Of a stretch of DNA of 64,000 nucleotides, positions 1-13,500 are shown piece by piece. The translations under genes were made by a program, and so were the position numbers. The DNA is taken from NCBI GenBank assembly GCA_013265495.1, contig MU058205.1, forward strand, positions 446,312 through 510,311, in the 5' to 3' direction. The notes under the pieces were generated by a model, which worked only from the letters and a program-made list of their open reading frames with translations, ran no database searches and was not told where the DNA came from. Position 1 is the stretch's first letter. Every line of letters begins with the position of its first letter. This stretch comes from Vicugna vicugna (Eukaryota).

Positions 1-87
1 ATACAAAACTACCATGATTTTCAAACAAGATGATTGTTTCCCTGAAAAAGAATAAGAGAATCAACTGAAAATGATCAAAAGTGAAAT

Positions 88-1318
88 CAGTACTTGGAAC
101 GAGCTAGTTTATTACCCCATCCCAGTCCCGACCTGCAGAAAGCCCAGCGGGGAACACAGCGGTTGGTGCAATTCCTGTGAATCGAGTTAACTTTCATTAT
201 TACACAGGCCTGGACATTCGAATGACCTGGTTGAGATGGTATTTTGTGACCAGAATTTACCAAAGGACCCGTGGTTCTCTGAAGAGAAACTAGAGAAGCT
301 CAGGGCCTCCGCAGGTGCAGAGGCAGATTGCACGAGGCTGGGGAGGCCGGGCCTCAACCGCTCCCCGGCGCCCGCCTTTCGAGGTCTGGGAAGACCTCCG
401 GCTTTCACGGGGGTTGTATGTTGTTGAAATTTGCAAAGATAAGATATTGTTACTGCAATCAGTTAGACCACTCTGTCCACTCTGTCTCGGAGCAGGTGGC
501 CACAGAATGGGCTCCTGCATCCTCATGGTCAGCACAGGACTGGCTGTAAGGTGCTACCGGGAGCTGGCCCCCACCAGATATTGACAGTACCTGAATATAC
601 ATGGAAGTGACTGCAAACCACCAAACCCAGAGTCCCAGCTCTCATCAGGGTCCCCAAAACACACAGTCAAACCCCACCACATGAGTAAACAATGTTTTAA
701 GGAGTCTACAATGTATTTTCCAATATAGGGAAGAGAAACCAGAACACCCCAAAATGCAAAATGTTTATTCAAAGCTTATGAAAACTTAAATTTGTCATGA
801 TAAACACAACTGGAAACTATTTAAGAACATAATTACATGTTTGTTATTTGGACATATATGAAAGAGATTGTCTTCTCTTATCTTTAAATTTATCTGTTAA
901 AAAACTGAAGGAAAGTCTAGATACAAACCAATGAAATATAAAACAATAGTGACAAATAGAAGCAAAGAAATTAACAGAAATTGTACTGGCATCCAGCAAA
1001 TTGTAACCAAAAGAAATTTCAGACCATACCCAAAACAGTAAGTCATGAAATAGGAAGAAATGGATTTCTAGTAGAAGCAATAGATTATAACAAATAGGCT
1101 CTTGGAACATTTGAAAAATCAGCTAGTGAAGAAAAGTGAATCACAGAATCCATTGGAAAAATATTGAATTTTTTGCCTATCTGACAAAAAAAAATTACTG
1201 GCATCAACATAAATAATATAAAATTTCTGATACACCAGTACAACTGGGGAGCCATCCAGGACAAATCGATGAGCGCTGTCAGAGCCTAAAGACATTAGCC
1301 ACAGGCCCAAGCATACTG
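88..1318 (+). mobile_element. Decayed DNA transposon, possibly hAT-Tip100 class
   Basis: Frameshifted peptide remnants in the expected order: KCLF, HNWKLF (~800-825), KRNFRP (1009-1026), NGFLVE (1059-), LLEHLKN (1099-1119). Weak terminal inversion CAGTACTTGG...CCAAGCATACTG. Interrupts an old L1. No TSD seen. Confidence 0.3.
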
Positions 1319-1479
1319 GAATTGACCCGTGAGAGAGAAATAATTTATCCCGTGAGTAAAGATTAAAGGGAAGAGGGGAAAAAACTGGCTTCTATTGATT
1401 AAAACTCCCCCTCCATGTTCCTTATTCACAGACAATAAGACAATTCAGTATGGAGACTGAAGTTTAAATTAATAACAGA

Positions 1480-3425
1480 AATAATTAACCTGAGATCCTT
1501 CACCATCCACTAATCATGAGTTAGAAGATGTATTAAAGAAAAGAGTAATTTACAGTAGAAAAAAGAAAAATTATGTAGAAAAAAACTCAAGAAATACGTA
1601 AAAAATCTGTATAAAAAAATTAAAATGTTACTAAAGGACACATAAAAAGTATCCTGAGCAAATAAAAAGGCCTGTCGTCCTCCTGGATTAGGAAAGATCG
1701 TAAATGTCCCTTCTCCCTAACTTATATACAAATAAGCAGCCCATCAATTAGCAATCCAAATAAAATACTAACAAGGTAGTTGAACTAGATAAACTGAGCC
1801 TAGAGACCAGATAGAGAACTAAGCAAGCAAAGCAGTCTGGACTTTTCTAGAAGAAAAGAGTGATAATGGGTCAGCCCAGGCGAATACTGACACAGTGTAA
1901 TTAATAATTAGAATAGTGGGGTACTGGTGAGAAATCCGCAGAGAGATCAACAGGACAGAACTAAAACCATAAAGAAACCCAAGCACATACATGTGGGAGT
2001 TTGAGATTTACAAATGTTAGCCGCTAAATATAAAAATAGATTTAAAACAAAGTTTCTTCTGTACAGCACAAGGAACTATGTTCAATATCTTGTAACAACC
2101 TTTAATGGAAAAAAATATGAAAGCGAGTATGTGTATGTATCTGCACACCTGGGACATTGTGCTGTGCACCAGAAATTGACACATTGTAACTGATGGTACT
2201 TCAGTAATGAAATTAATTAAATTTTAAAAAAGAAACCCAAGCATAAATGAAAACACAGTGTGCGAAAAGGACAGCACTTTGAATCAGTGCAGAAAACATG
2301 ACGTTGGAACAAAAGGATAACCGTCTGTGGAAATAATGAAGTGTAACTCACTCTCATATCTTACACCAGGATAGATGTAGTAAGGATTTAAATTTTCAAC
2401 ATAAAAAATTAAATCATGAAAGCATTAGAAGACTCCATAGGATATTTTTAAAAAATAATTTTGACATAAAGAATATCTTCCTAACAATGAAAAAAAATAG
2501 AGGACATAAAAGAAAAAAATGATCAACTACATACATACAAGTATTTTAGAATCTGCATGGCAAAAAGCACCATAAAGTAAAGCTAAGAGACAAATGGCAA
2601 ACCGGAAAATACATTTTGCAACTCATATCACTAACAAAGACCTAATCTGTCCTTATACATAAAGAGCTCCTTTCTGATAAAAACATAACCCAACAGAAAA
2701 AAAATGGCCAAGAGGGAGTTCTTCCAAATAAAATGAAAATAAACATGAAGAGATGTTCAGCTCCACTTATAATAAGAGGAATGCTGGTTAAAATGTCATC
2801 GGGGCACCACTTATTTCACATAAAAAACTGCAATGTCAAAAAAATTGATAACTATCATGCTGGCAAGGATGTGGCGAAATAGGCACTTACGAATGGTTGG
2901 CAGCCACATCAATTGGTACTTCAGTGGAAGGAAACTTGGCAGTGCCATCAACATCCTTTGACTCCACAATTTCACTTTTAGGAATTTAACCTGCCTTACA
3001 TTTGTGTGCATCATAATGGGAGAGTTTGAAAATAACCTAAACAGCCATCAAGAGGCAATCAATGAAACAAAGCATAGGTCATCTATATCATGGCATCCTA
3101 GGAAGTCACAGAAAGAATGCGGGGGCTCCTTATATACTGACGGGGCATTATCTCCAAGAGAGATTTAAATACGCTGAAAGAAGCAAAGTGCAAAACAGCA
3201 CCTAAAATGTACTAGAATTTGTTCTTAAACATGAAGAAAAATCCACCCCTTAATATAAAGAGACTGTCTCTGGAAAGATACACCAGAAACATGTCCTCTG
3301 GGAAGACTGATGACCGGGAGGCAGGAGCCACAGCGGTGCCATTCGTGTGCTCGTCACACCTTTGATTTTTCAACTCCGTGGCTGCATTACCTACTCAACA
3401 AATAAAGGCTAAATAAAAATAAGTA
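1480..3425 (+). mobile_element. Ancient L1M (ORF2 to 3' end) remnant; continues from the fragment at 1-85
   Basis: A-rich degenerate L1 ORF2 text (e.g. AAGAGACAAATGGCAAACCGGAAAATACATTTTGCAACTCATATCAC, GCAAGGATGTGG), ending in AATAAA and an A-rich tail. Confidence 0.7.
1986..2228 (+). mobile_element. 5'-truncated young L1 3' end with target-site duplication
   Basis: CTGTACAGCACAAGGAACTATGTTCAATATCTTGTA...GACACATTGTAACTG tail. Perfect 15-bp TSD AAAGAAACCCAAGCA at 1971-1985 and 2229-2243. Confidence 0.85.
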
Positions 3426-4624
3426 CATAGGAACCAAACAGATGCATTTCCTTCCGGAGAAGGGAGGTTGGTGGTTGAGGCAGCCTGGAGGTGACGGCGA
3501 TAGGGAGCCCGGGGCTGGGTCCCAAAGAGAGGGACCCAGGGGAGCCCCAGAGGGGAAGGGCCCCGAGGTTCCAAAGGCCACCGGTGAGAACTTGAGACGA
3601 AAGCTTGAATTTTTTAATAGTTACCATTATCGGGACACACACTGTGAGTTTTACCTGTCAGGCTGCAGGAAAGTGGGTTCCCTGATATTCAGGAATTCTC
3701 CTCTCATCCCCCATCATCTGGTGCCAAACCTTCTACACAGTATGATTTCCCATTCACCCGTCCCCTTCATGAAGGCTTCATTACACATCAGGGCTGGCTT
3801 GCCCACTCCCTGAATCCACCGTGAGCCCCAGGAGAGAGCAGGGGGAGGAGCGGCTGTATCTGCTGTTGCTCTAAGTGCTTCATATAGTGCCTGGCACACA
3901 CGTGGTCTGTACCCATAAAATATTCGGTGAACAAACAAGTGAATAACCTCAAACACATTTTGTGCTTCACCCTCCTGCCTTGTACCTGTCTTTCCCTTTA
4001 TCTGGTGTTCTTTATACCCTCACCCCCAGCTCCTTCTTTGCAGGAGCACATCGTTTATGGATGGTTACAGATGACGGCTTACCCTCATCACCTCCACCAC
4101 CTTTTAAGGAGCCCTCCCTTGGTGTCAGTAATATTACCTCTGGGTCCTGGGAGGACTAAATGACTCTGAGATCATCTCTAGGGACACCATGCATCAGCGA
4201 AGAGACACACTGAAGAGCAGAGGGTCCAGTCGACATGGGACCACCACTGGGTTTGGGTGGATACACTGACTTAGTCCTCTTGCCTCAGCAGCTAGCTCAG
4301 AACTGAGTCTGAATGTTGCAGGCATGGCTAAGATGAGCAGGGACAATGGAGGCGGGAGGAAGAGGCTCTGACCAGGTGCACCTGTCCCCCACCCGCCTAG
4401 ATTGTGAGCACATCCCCCTGGAGGAGGCCGTGTATCTTAAAGTGACAGCTGCTGCCTGCCTGAATCCGATGCAGATCCTCAGGCTCACCCCAAACCTGCT
4501 GGAGCAGACACCCCGGGGGGGCGGAAGCCCTGAATCTATACCTCAAAGACCCAGGGATTCTAGCACAGACAGCTGGGAAGCACAGCCCCAAAACATGGTC
4601 CGGAGAACTCTGCACCCTCTGCTT

Positions 4625-5030
4625 GTTTACTTTGTAGCTTTTAATCTTGAAGTTATTTCAAGCTTCAGAGAAGTGATTCAGGAAGAGTACAAAGGACTCC
4701 CTCATACCCCTTATTCACCAGTAATTCATATCTTGCTTGCTTGTTTTGCATATTTAATAGTTGTTATTTTCTGAATCAGGTGAAAGCAAGTTGCAAAGAC
4801 ATCATTCCTTTTTGCCCCTAAATAGCTCAGCATTTTCCTTTAAGAACAAGGATATTCTTTTACATAATAACAGTATCATTTTCAAATTCAGGAAATTCAA
4901 AACTGATACAATTATCTATTCTTAATCCAAATGCCAACTTCTTCCAGTTGTCAGATAATGTCCTTTAGAGCCATCTTCCTGACCCAGGATTCAATCCCGG
5001 CTATACACTGGCATTTAGCTGCAAGCGCGC
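4625..5030 (-). mobile_element. Old L1MC-type 3' end fragment
   Basis: AAGAACAAGGATATTCTTTTACATAA...CCAGGATTCAATCC...CATTTAG, typical of an antisense L1MC 3' end. Confidence 0.55.
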
Positions 5031-6512
5031 GGTCTCTCTGCATCCTCCTAATGGACCCCTGCATTTGGGCCTGTCTGTTTCTCCTCTCCCTGTGCACAGA
5101 TTCTGTCCCTCCGAGGATAGAAGATGGACATCGGAGGGAACAGGAATGGGACGATGAGGACATCCAGCCCTTAAGACCTCGCTGTTGGGTCCAGCCTGAC
5201 CCTGTGACCAAGTGGTGTGGCTCCAGGAGGCGGAAGGGCTGGTTCCCAGAGCTCCAGGGAAGACAGACACCATCGCGCCCCAGAGACCTGGTTGGCAAGC
5301 ACACAACTTATCTCACTTTAAACAGCACACTTTCATCCGCGGGAGATTCCTGGAAGTGAGCTGGCCAGTTTCCTCCTCGTGAACAATTCGACCTCCAGCC
5401 GCCAGCCTCCTGCTCCAGAACTTAGGGAGAGTCTGAAACTGCTGACTTCTCTGTTTCCTCCCACACCTGTAAGGAAAACATTTTGCAGCCCCCTCCTCCA
5501 CCTACAATTCTCTCCTTACGTCTTTTTTTTCCCTCCCGCTCCTGTCACACTTGCTGTTTTTCTCATCTTTCTGCTTCAAGACCTGAGCATTTGGATTTGC
5601 TCCTAAAATACTCCTTTTCCGGCCTTGGGGAAGACCAGTAATGATGGGGAGGGGCCTGGACCTGGAGCAAGTATCAAGCCTGAGCTGCTAGCTACATGAT
5701 CAGTATTTCATCCCATTCAGGGAGCCTCTGAACAGGGAGCCCTCATGGGGACCCCACGGGCCTGGACCAGATTTCCAGGAAGCCAACAGAGCTCAGGCTT
5801 CTGGCCAGAACCCGGTGGGGGAGGGGGGATTGAGTGATGAGGCCGGCAATATAGCATTTCTGGAAATTTTTGCAAAGTAAGATCCTTTATATTTTTTTTT
5901 CTTTAAAATGCCACCAACTTTTATAAGCTACCACCCTATGAAACCGGCACCCATTCCTGTATATACAGATAATTTGTGTATGTCTCTGTGTGTGTGTGTG
6001 TGTGCACATGCATGTGCAATAGGAGATATAGATAGATATGTAGACAGATGGGGCGTGTAGTAATAGTGTCCACCAATGAGCTCTTTTAGGGAGAATCCAA
6101 ATTTACATAAAACGATGACTGTGACCTTCCTGATTGTTGCCTGTTAAAGAACTGTCCTGAATCTTCTGAGCCAAATTCCAGACTGCAGGAAGCTTTTTAT
6201 TCTCTTTCTCTCTTTTTTAACGTTCCTGGATTCTTTCTGGTTTTCTAATCCCAAAACCACTTCTCCAGCTTTCTCTTTACCAGACACAGTCTATGTGATA
6301 CAGAAATCTGCAGCTAAAAGGCACAGCCTTTGGCTACAGGAGCCGAGAGCACCGTACAGGTAACCCAAAGCCCAGCCGAGGGACGGCACCCCAAGTGCAG
6401 TGGGCCCTCTCTCACCCCTTCTCTGAGTCTGAAATACCCAAGTCAACCCACCTAAACTCATTCATTTTGTCCTTTTGTTCCATAGGCAGTTCCACTCAAG
6501 AAAATAAAGACC

Positions 6513-6638
6513 TTTTTTTTTTGGTGGGGGGAGGTAATCGGGTTTATTTATTTTTTCCTTAGAGGAGGGACTGGGGATTGAACCCAGGCCCTCATGCATG
6601 CTAAGCATGCTCTCTGCTGCTTGAGCTAAACCCTCCCC
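6513..6638 (-). mobile_element. tRNA-derived SINE (vic-1-like)
   Basis: Antisense head GGGGATTGAACCCAGG...CATGCTAAGCATG...GAGCTA with a T-rich tail. Confidence 0.85.
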
Positions 6639-6965
6639 ACATCAAGACCATTTTTCTTCACACTTGTTATTCCATTGGAAATATTCTTACTAAATAAATT
6701 AATCAAGTAAGTCATTACTATCATTTCAAGTAAGTCATATACAGTCATTTTTCAACTTTTCCATAATAATTCCAAGAAAAGCCTTGCACTCAGTCACCCT
6801 CCCTCTTCTTAGGAGGGTTCACGGGACAGAAGCAGGACGTTCTCATTGTTCCTCTAGTTACAGAAACAGCTTGTGATTACCAGGCCGGGTAATAAAGCCC
6901 GCAAGGTAGTGGGAATCCAGGCCAAGAAAAGACTCTAAGAGGTGACGCAGAAAGGTCTCCCATTA

Positions 6966-7219
6966 GAACTCTCCTACACTGCTGGTGGGAGTGTAGATTG
7001 GTGCAGCCACTATGGAGGACAGTATAGAGGTTCCTCAAAAAAAAAAAAATAGACTTACCGTGTGTTCCAGAAACCCCACTCCTGGGCATATATCCAGAGA
7101 AAAGTAAAATTCAAAAAGACACATACACCCCAAGGTTCATAGCAGCAATTTTTACAATAGCTAAGACATGGAAACAACCCAAATGTCCATCAACAGATGA
7201 CTGGATAAAGAAGTTGTGG

Positions 7220-7275
<56 letters not shown>

Positions 7276-7734
7276 GGAATACTACTCAGCCATTAAAAAG
7301 AATGAACTAATGCCATTTGCAGCAACATGGATGGACCTGGAGATTGTCATTCTAAGTGAAGTGGGCCAGAAAGAGAAAGAAAAATGCCATGTGATATCAC
7401 TTATATGTGGAATCTAAAAGAAAAAAAATAAGGATGCAAATGAACTAATTATTATTTTGATTTCTTGAATATGTGTGAGCACATCTGACTGTCCTTTATG
7501 ATTGGGTTACTGCATTCTGTTGATTCTTATGTTGTAGCTGGCTTTATTCCTTTGATAACTATGTAAGTTTAAAAGGCTAAAGCTCTAATCTGTTCTTAGA
7601 AACAATGATCAGTACATAGATGTAAACTAACAAAATGTGCAGTCTTTTGTATATATGTATTTACATGCAGTATAATGTATATGTGCAGTCAAACTGTGAT
7701 AATTCTACCTAATAAAACTGAAAAAGAAAAAAAA
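6966..7734 (+). mobile_element. 5'-truncated L1 (ORF2 C-terminus) ending in a non-standard 3' tail
   Basis: ORF2 end [30 protein letters not shown]. After 7450 a different tail ending in AATAAA and poly(A). TSD AGAAAGG(TC/AT)TCCCATTA at 6949-6965 and 7735-7751. Confidence 0.85.
7222..7273. repeat. (CA)n microsatellite inside L1
   Basis: About 25 uninterrupted CA units. Confidence 0.95.
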
Positions 7735-8057
7735 AGAAAGGATTCCCATTAAGCTATGCTGCTCCCTTCAAGAACCTCAAAGCCTGACATGACCCCAAGC
7801 CATTTAGGGCCTTTCCAGAGCAGGGTTGAATGCACCACTCCCATCCAAAGCCACACCCGTGGCGTTCCAGGGCCAGTGATCTGTGAGGTGACAACTAGGA
7901 GTCTGGGTGGCTTTTCTGAGAAAATTGTCACTTACTTGACTTCTACAGAAAGAAGCAAAACCTGAAATACCAAAAGCAGCCATGATGTCCTGAGCCAAGA
8001 CTATGCTGTGTGCTTTTCATACATTCGCTCCTCGAACCCTCAAAAATAAAACTATGG

Positions 8058-8068
8058 AGGGCTATTAC

Positions 8069-8108
<40 letters not shown>

Positions 8109-8812
8109 AAGAAAGAAAAGAAAGAAAGAAAGAAAGAAAATAACAAGTGTTGGCAAGGATGTAGAAAACTCGGAACACCACAGGTGCCAGTGTAAGATGG
8201 TGCAGTCACTATGGAAAACAATACGATAGTTTCTCAAATAATTAAAAGTAAAATTACCATATGACCTAGGGAGTCCACTCCTGGGTGTATACTCAGAAGA
8301 ACTGAAAGCAGGGACTTGAACAGATATTTATACACTCGTATTCATGGTACATTATCCACACTAGCCGAAAGATGGAAACAACCCAAGTGCCCATCGACAG
8401 ATGAATGGATGAACAAAATATGGTATCTACAAACAATGGACCATTATTCAGCTTTGAAAAAGGAGAGAGATTCTGACACATGGATGAACTTTCAGGACAT
8501 CATGCTAAAGGACATAAATGAGTCACAAAAGGACAAGCATGGTTCCACTCCTATGAGGTGCCCAGAGGAGTCCAGTTCATAGAGACAGATTGTAGAATGG
8601 TGGTTGTCAGATGCTGGGGGTGCGGAATGAAGAGTCAGTGTTTAATGGGGACAGAGTTTCAGTTTCACAAGATGAAAAGAGCTCTGGAGATGGATGGTGG
8701 TGATGGCTGCACAAGATTATGAATGTATTTATTACCACTGGACAGTGGGCTTCAGATGGTTAAGATGGTCGATTTTTTGTTATGTAGATTTTACCACAAT
8801 AAAAACAAAATT
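8058..8812 (+). mobile_element. L1MB-type 3' end with an expanded internal poly(A)/(GAAA)n tract (8070-8140)
   Basis: AACAAGTGTTGGCAAGGATGTAG...GGAAACAACCCAAGTGCCCATCGACAGATGAATGG...GAGATGGATGGTGGTGATGG...TTTTACCACAATAAA. Confidence 0.85.
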
Positions 8813-10274
8813 CGACAAGTGAGGTGATATTATTTTGCAGACGTAGCACCTTAAGGACAAAGGCAGAGCTGGGACCGTCACCAGACAGGTGGCCTCTAAG
8901 GTCTGGGACCAACATTGCCATCAGCCTTCAACCACTGGGCACAGACATTAACCATGGACATTGGCCATTGATCACTGACCATCTACTTGTTTAAAAAAAA
9001 ACAAGTAAAAATAATAAATAAAACTATCCACCCTTGCTCTGGGCAATCAGGGATCCAAGTGGCCTTAAACTGTTGACATGGTCTTCTCAGAGCAACTAGT
9101 TATAATCGGAGACTAACCCTCCACCCAAATCAGTGGTCCCGTGGCTGCAAATTAGCAGTTGTCTTACTCTACGATGTGAAATGAAATTTAAACCCAGAAC
9201 TTACAAAAGAAGAGTAAATTCTAATAATTCTTCATCAATTCACTGACTCCCCAGACTTCAGTGAAGAGACAGCCACCATCCCTGCCCCTCCCAGCATGGT
9301 CCTTCCCCCCACACGTCCGTGCCAGCCCCTCGAGTCATGGAAGGTGTCAGGTGGGTTGTCTGCCAGAGTCATCGCGAAGCTCCTGTGACTTGGTCATCTC
9401 CAGAAGGTCATCGGGCACTTGGTGACTTGATCTATGTACCTGGACTGAGCGACAGTCCAGCAGGCCCTGGCAGGGGCGGGGCTGGGACCCACCTCGGTTG
9501 CACATCACAGCCACATGCTTGTCTCTCCAGGTCCAGGTCCCAGTGCCACTCTCACTTCTGAAGGAGGACGGGGCTGGAGAGCCGCACATCTGCCAGACAG
9601 CCCCCACCCAGGGCCACAGCGCACAGGCTGCTGATGTAAACTGTGGTGCTTAAACCCAAATGAAGGAGGGAAGGAGGCAAGTGGAGAACCTGCAAAGTAG
9701 CATTAGAAAACCTCCAGATCCAGAGGCTGGGGCACAGGGGCTGTGGGACTCGGCCAGCAGCTTGCTCTTCCTCTGAGAGTGTGATGTTTATTTAACTGGA
9801 GAAGAGAGCCTGACGGAATCGTGTGTGCGTGTGCGTGTGCGTGCACGAGCACATGGCGCGCAGAGGGGGCTGGGGTTCTCAGAATGTCCCCTCTCTGTGT
9901 CACAAACAGGCCAGCGCTCTAAGGTCAGTGACTAAACACGTGCCTGGTCTTGTTTCCAGAAAAAAAGAAGGGCAGGCATAAATAACCATGTTAAATGCTT
10001 GCTCGGACTGGGCACATGCAAGCTGTCGGCTTTAAACATTTTATGCAATGACCCACATTTCACCATAGCCCAGCGCACACCCATGCACACACACACACAC
10101 ACACACACTTACACAAATATTTCATAAAAGCAGTCTTGCTGTTATGACTGGGACATTGAGCTGTACACAGAAATCGACACATTGTAACTGACTATATTTC
10201 AATTTAAAAAAAATCTATCTGAAATACATTTTAAAAAAACATTGCTTGCTCTTACTACAGGTGGGGTGCTTGGT

Positions 10275-10562
10275 TGTTTTTGCTTGTTTGTTTGTTTGTT
10301 TTTAGGGGAGTAATTAAGTTTAGTTATTTGTTTTTAGAGGAGGTACTGGGGATTGAACCCAGGACCTTGTATATGCTAAGCAAGCGCTCCACATTTGAGC
10401 TATACCCCTCCCCCACTTGGTTGTTTTCTATTCTGTTTTTTTTTAAATAATTTTCATGTGTGTTTTTTTTTTTTGGTTTTAATGGAGGGACTGGGGATCG
10501 AACCCAGGACCTTGGGCTTGCTAAGCACACACTCTACCACTGAGCTATATCCCCAGCCCCCT
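10275..10562 (-). mobile_element. Two adjacent vic-1-like SINEs (~10275-10414 and ~10463-10562)
   Basis: Two antisense CTGGGGAT(T/C)GAACCCAGGACCTTG...GAGCTATA heads, each with a T-rich tail. Confidence 0.85.
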
Positions 10563-13500
10563 ATTTTTTTTATTTTTATTTTTAATTGAGATCTAACACC
10601 CCATAATAAAGTGCATAAATCACAGACACACAGCTTGATGACTTTTGTGGGGCTCGCTAATCTTTTTTGTTTATAGTTCTATTAAGATATGATTTACGTA
10701 GCACACAAGTCACCCACTTAAAGTGTACAACTCCGTGGTTTTTAGTACAGTCCCAGAGTTGTGCAGCCGTCACCATGACCTAATTTTGGAACTTTTAGAA
10801 TTTTAGAATTTCCATCAGCAAAGAGAAACCTCATTCTTAATATCTATTCTACTTATTTTCTTAATGCTGGTCACAACCCACCAGATTTATTTCATCACTA
10901 CATCACAACCACAGGTGATAAAACCAGTGTCATATCTCATTTGCTCTTCACAAGAGCCCTGAAAGACAGGTACTCCTGTCCTCAAGTCGCAAGAGAACCA
11001 ATGGGCAGAGCATCACGGTAATTTCAAGCTTCCAGCACTCATTGGGGACAGAGGTAGGACTCAAAGCCAGTCCATAGGCTTGTAAGAGCCACTGTCTGTC
11101 TCTGAAGGATGGAGGCTGGTCCAGAGGACCAGCCAGCCTCCCCAGCTCCCCATCACAGGGAGTCAGAAGGATGATTCACTGCCCCAAATGGATCACAATC
11201 AGAAAGGGTACCAGCCAACCTGAATTCAAACCTCACTGATGGAGAGCTCAGCAACGATACTCATAACCCGGGTGGGGCTGGGCGATGGCTACCGTAAGGG
11301 GGATTTGGGAGCCAAGTTTGAGAAGCAATTAAGAGCATAAAAAAGACTTCAAGGATGCTCTCTGCCTCAAAATCTTTAAAGAGGCAGTAGATGGCCATGT
11401 TTCAGAGGTTACTTTTCTAGCGTTAAACTGTTACTGGTAAAATTTAGAGCAACTTCCATCAGACATATGTTGAAAAATCCTACAGAATGATCGTTATGAA
11501 AAAGTACAGATGAAAAGTTCATGTCTTCTCTTATAAGCCTAGCCCTCCAACCAGTGGGAGGATGTGGGGTCATCGGGGTGGGGAGGGGGAGTATGTATAT
11601 GTGTATGTGAATGTTTGTGTGTGTATGTGTGTGAGTCTGTGTGTGCATGAGTGTGTGTTTGGGATAAGGGAGCATTCAATCCTCACCTCCACTCTGAATG
11701 GTCCAGACGCTGGAGATGTGAAGCAACAGGCAGAACTTCCAGCCCAAGAATGATGCCACGAATGTTGCGGACACGATGCCACATACTTGCCCGTTGGCTG
11801 CAGGGGGCGCTCGGTCAAACACCAGACAAAAGGAAAACTCTGAGGGTCTGGTCCTGGATCTGTGACAAACTGAGCCATCGTGGAACACCTTGACCCCTGA
11901 AGGATCAAGGCAGAGGGCTGAGGGGCAGAAGACAGGCTTCCAGAAGTGGAGGAGGTGCCGCCTGCCTTCCACTGCGCAGGTCGGGGCATTATGAGGGTAC
12001 TTTATTCACTACCGTTGGTCTGACGGGCAGGAGAGGAGAGCAGAGGCCACTAAGAGAAGGAAAGGGTGTTACAAGCAAGTTTTCCCCTTCCACTCTCGCC
12101 CTGCCCTGTTTCTAGGTACCCATAAGTAACCAAACCAGGTTCCCTCTGGCGTTCCCAGCATCTTGTTCTTTAAGTGAAGTTTACTTATCTGTTCAACAAG
12201 CATTTCTTGAGCACTTCGTAAGTGCCACCAACTGGAACAGAGGGCACAGAGCGCTTTCGTTGTCCCCTAGAAAGTCTCCACTGGCCTGAAGCCTCAGGTG
12301 GAGTTGAAGATGTTTGTAGGCAAACATTCCGAGAGCCTGCGAGCCCTGCTCCCAACCTGAACACACCTGTGCCTGCCGTGGGGAGGCTCGCCTGTGCTCC
12401 GCCTCCCCATCAGACGTGGGGTCCAGGGGCCCCGGCAAGAGCAGAAGTGAGCTGGGCTCTGAGCCGGGGAGGCAGCATCAGCCTGAGCAGGGCCGGCCGG
12501 CTCACCGTGGTGGATTTGGTGCGTCTTGTCACGCGCGTGCTCTAGGGTAGTCCTGACATCTGCCTCGTGGCCTCCGTGGCCGGGAGGGCTCCTGCTGCGA
12601 GACACAGTATGGGGTCAAAGGGCACAGCCTGATCTCATAAAACCAAACAGATCTGGGCTTGGCAAGGTGGGCCTGCTCTCCCCTAGAGCAAGGGACACTG
12701 ACACTGACGGGCCGTACAGGGCAGGGGCACCTCAAGCCCTCAGGACCATCAGATCCAGGTGCCTCAGCTGCCGGCTTTCCCAAGGATACGGGTTCCTTTG
12801 AACTTTTCAAAGGTATGGAGAAGAGCCTGGCTTTTCACAAGCTTGGCTGCAGGCGGAGGAGGTGACTATGTGTGGAGAAGGTGGCCCATTAGAGGCAGAG
12901 GTGAGCAAGCTGCTGTCCTGTCCACCAGGGCAGCTCCAGGGCCCTGCTCCTGAGGGCCAGGCCCCCAGACAGAGGCGGGAGGCCATTCCCAGGCATCCGC
13001 TTTTGGGAGGCGTCTGCCTTTGACACCCTCACTGCTGTACTCTGGAAGATGGTGCCCTGGCCCAGCTGTCCCTTCATTAGGTGCTGTGAGAAATGCATTT
13101 CCTACAGGCCTCCTTGGCTGAGATCTCTCCCAGCCACACAGTGACTCTGCGACAACCCCCCAGGGCAGCCTCCCGGTGCCTGAGGGAGGAGGGGCCACTG
13201 GCCCAAGGAAGCAGAGCTATGAAATAAGTCTCACCACAGGGACAGTGCACAGCTTTCTGCTTCATAAACGTCTGTGTGCACAAGTGCACGGTGGATCTCC
13301 GTGCCAGGGGGTGCTCCGTCCTCCCCAGGAGGGACCTCAGGTGCTGTGGGACTCTGGCTGCCCGCACAGCCCCGGCTTGGAGCTGGGAAGCAGCCGCTTA
13401 GCTCCCCCTGCTGGCTCTTCTGAGAGCACGTTGACCGCGGGCAGGACATGTGGACGCAGTGAGGATGCTCCACAAAGACCCGGCCGCCATACGGAGACTG

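Noticed and set aside
8070..8140. Poly-lysine or poly-phenylalanine ORFs
   Set aside because: Translation of a poly(A)/(GAAA)n tract inside an L1.
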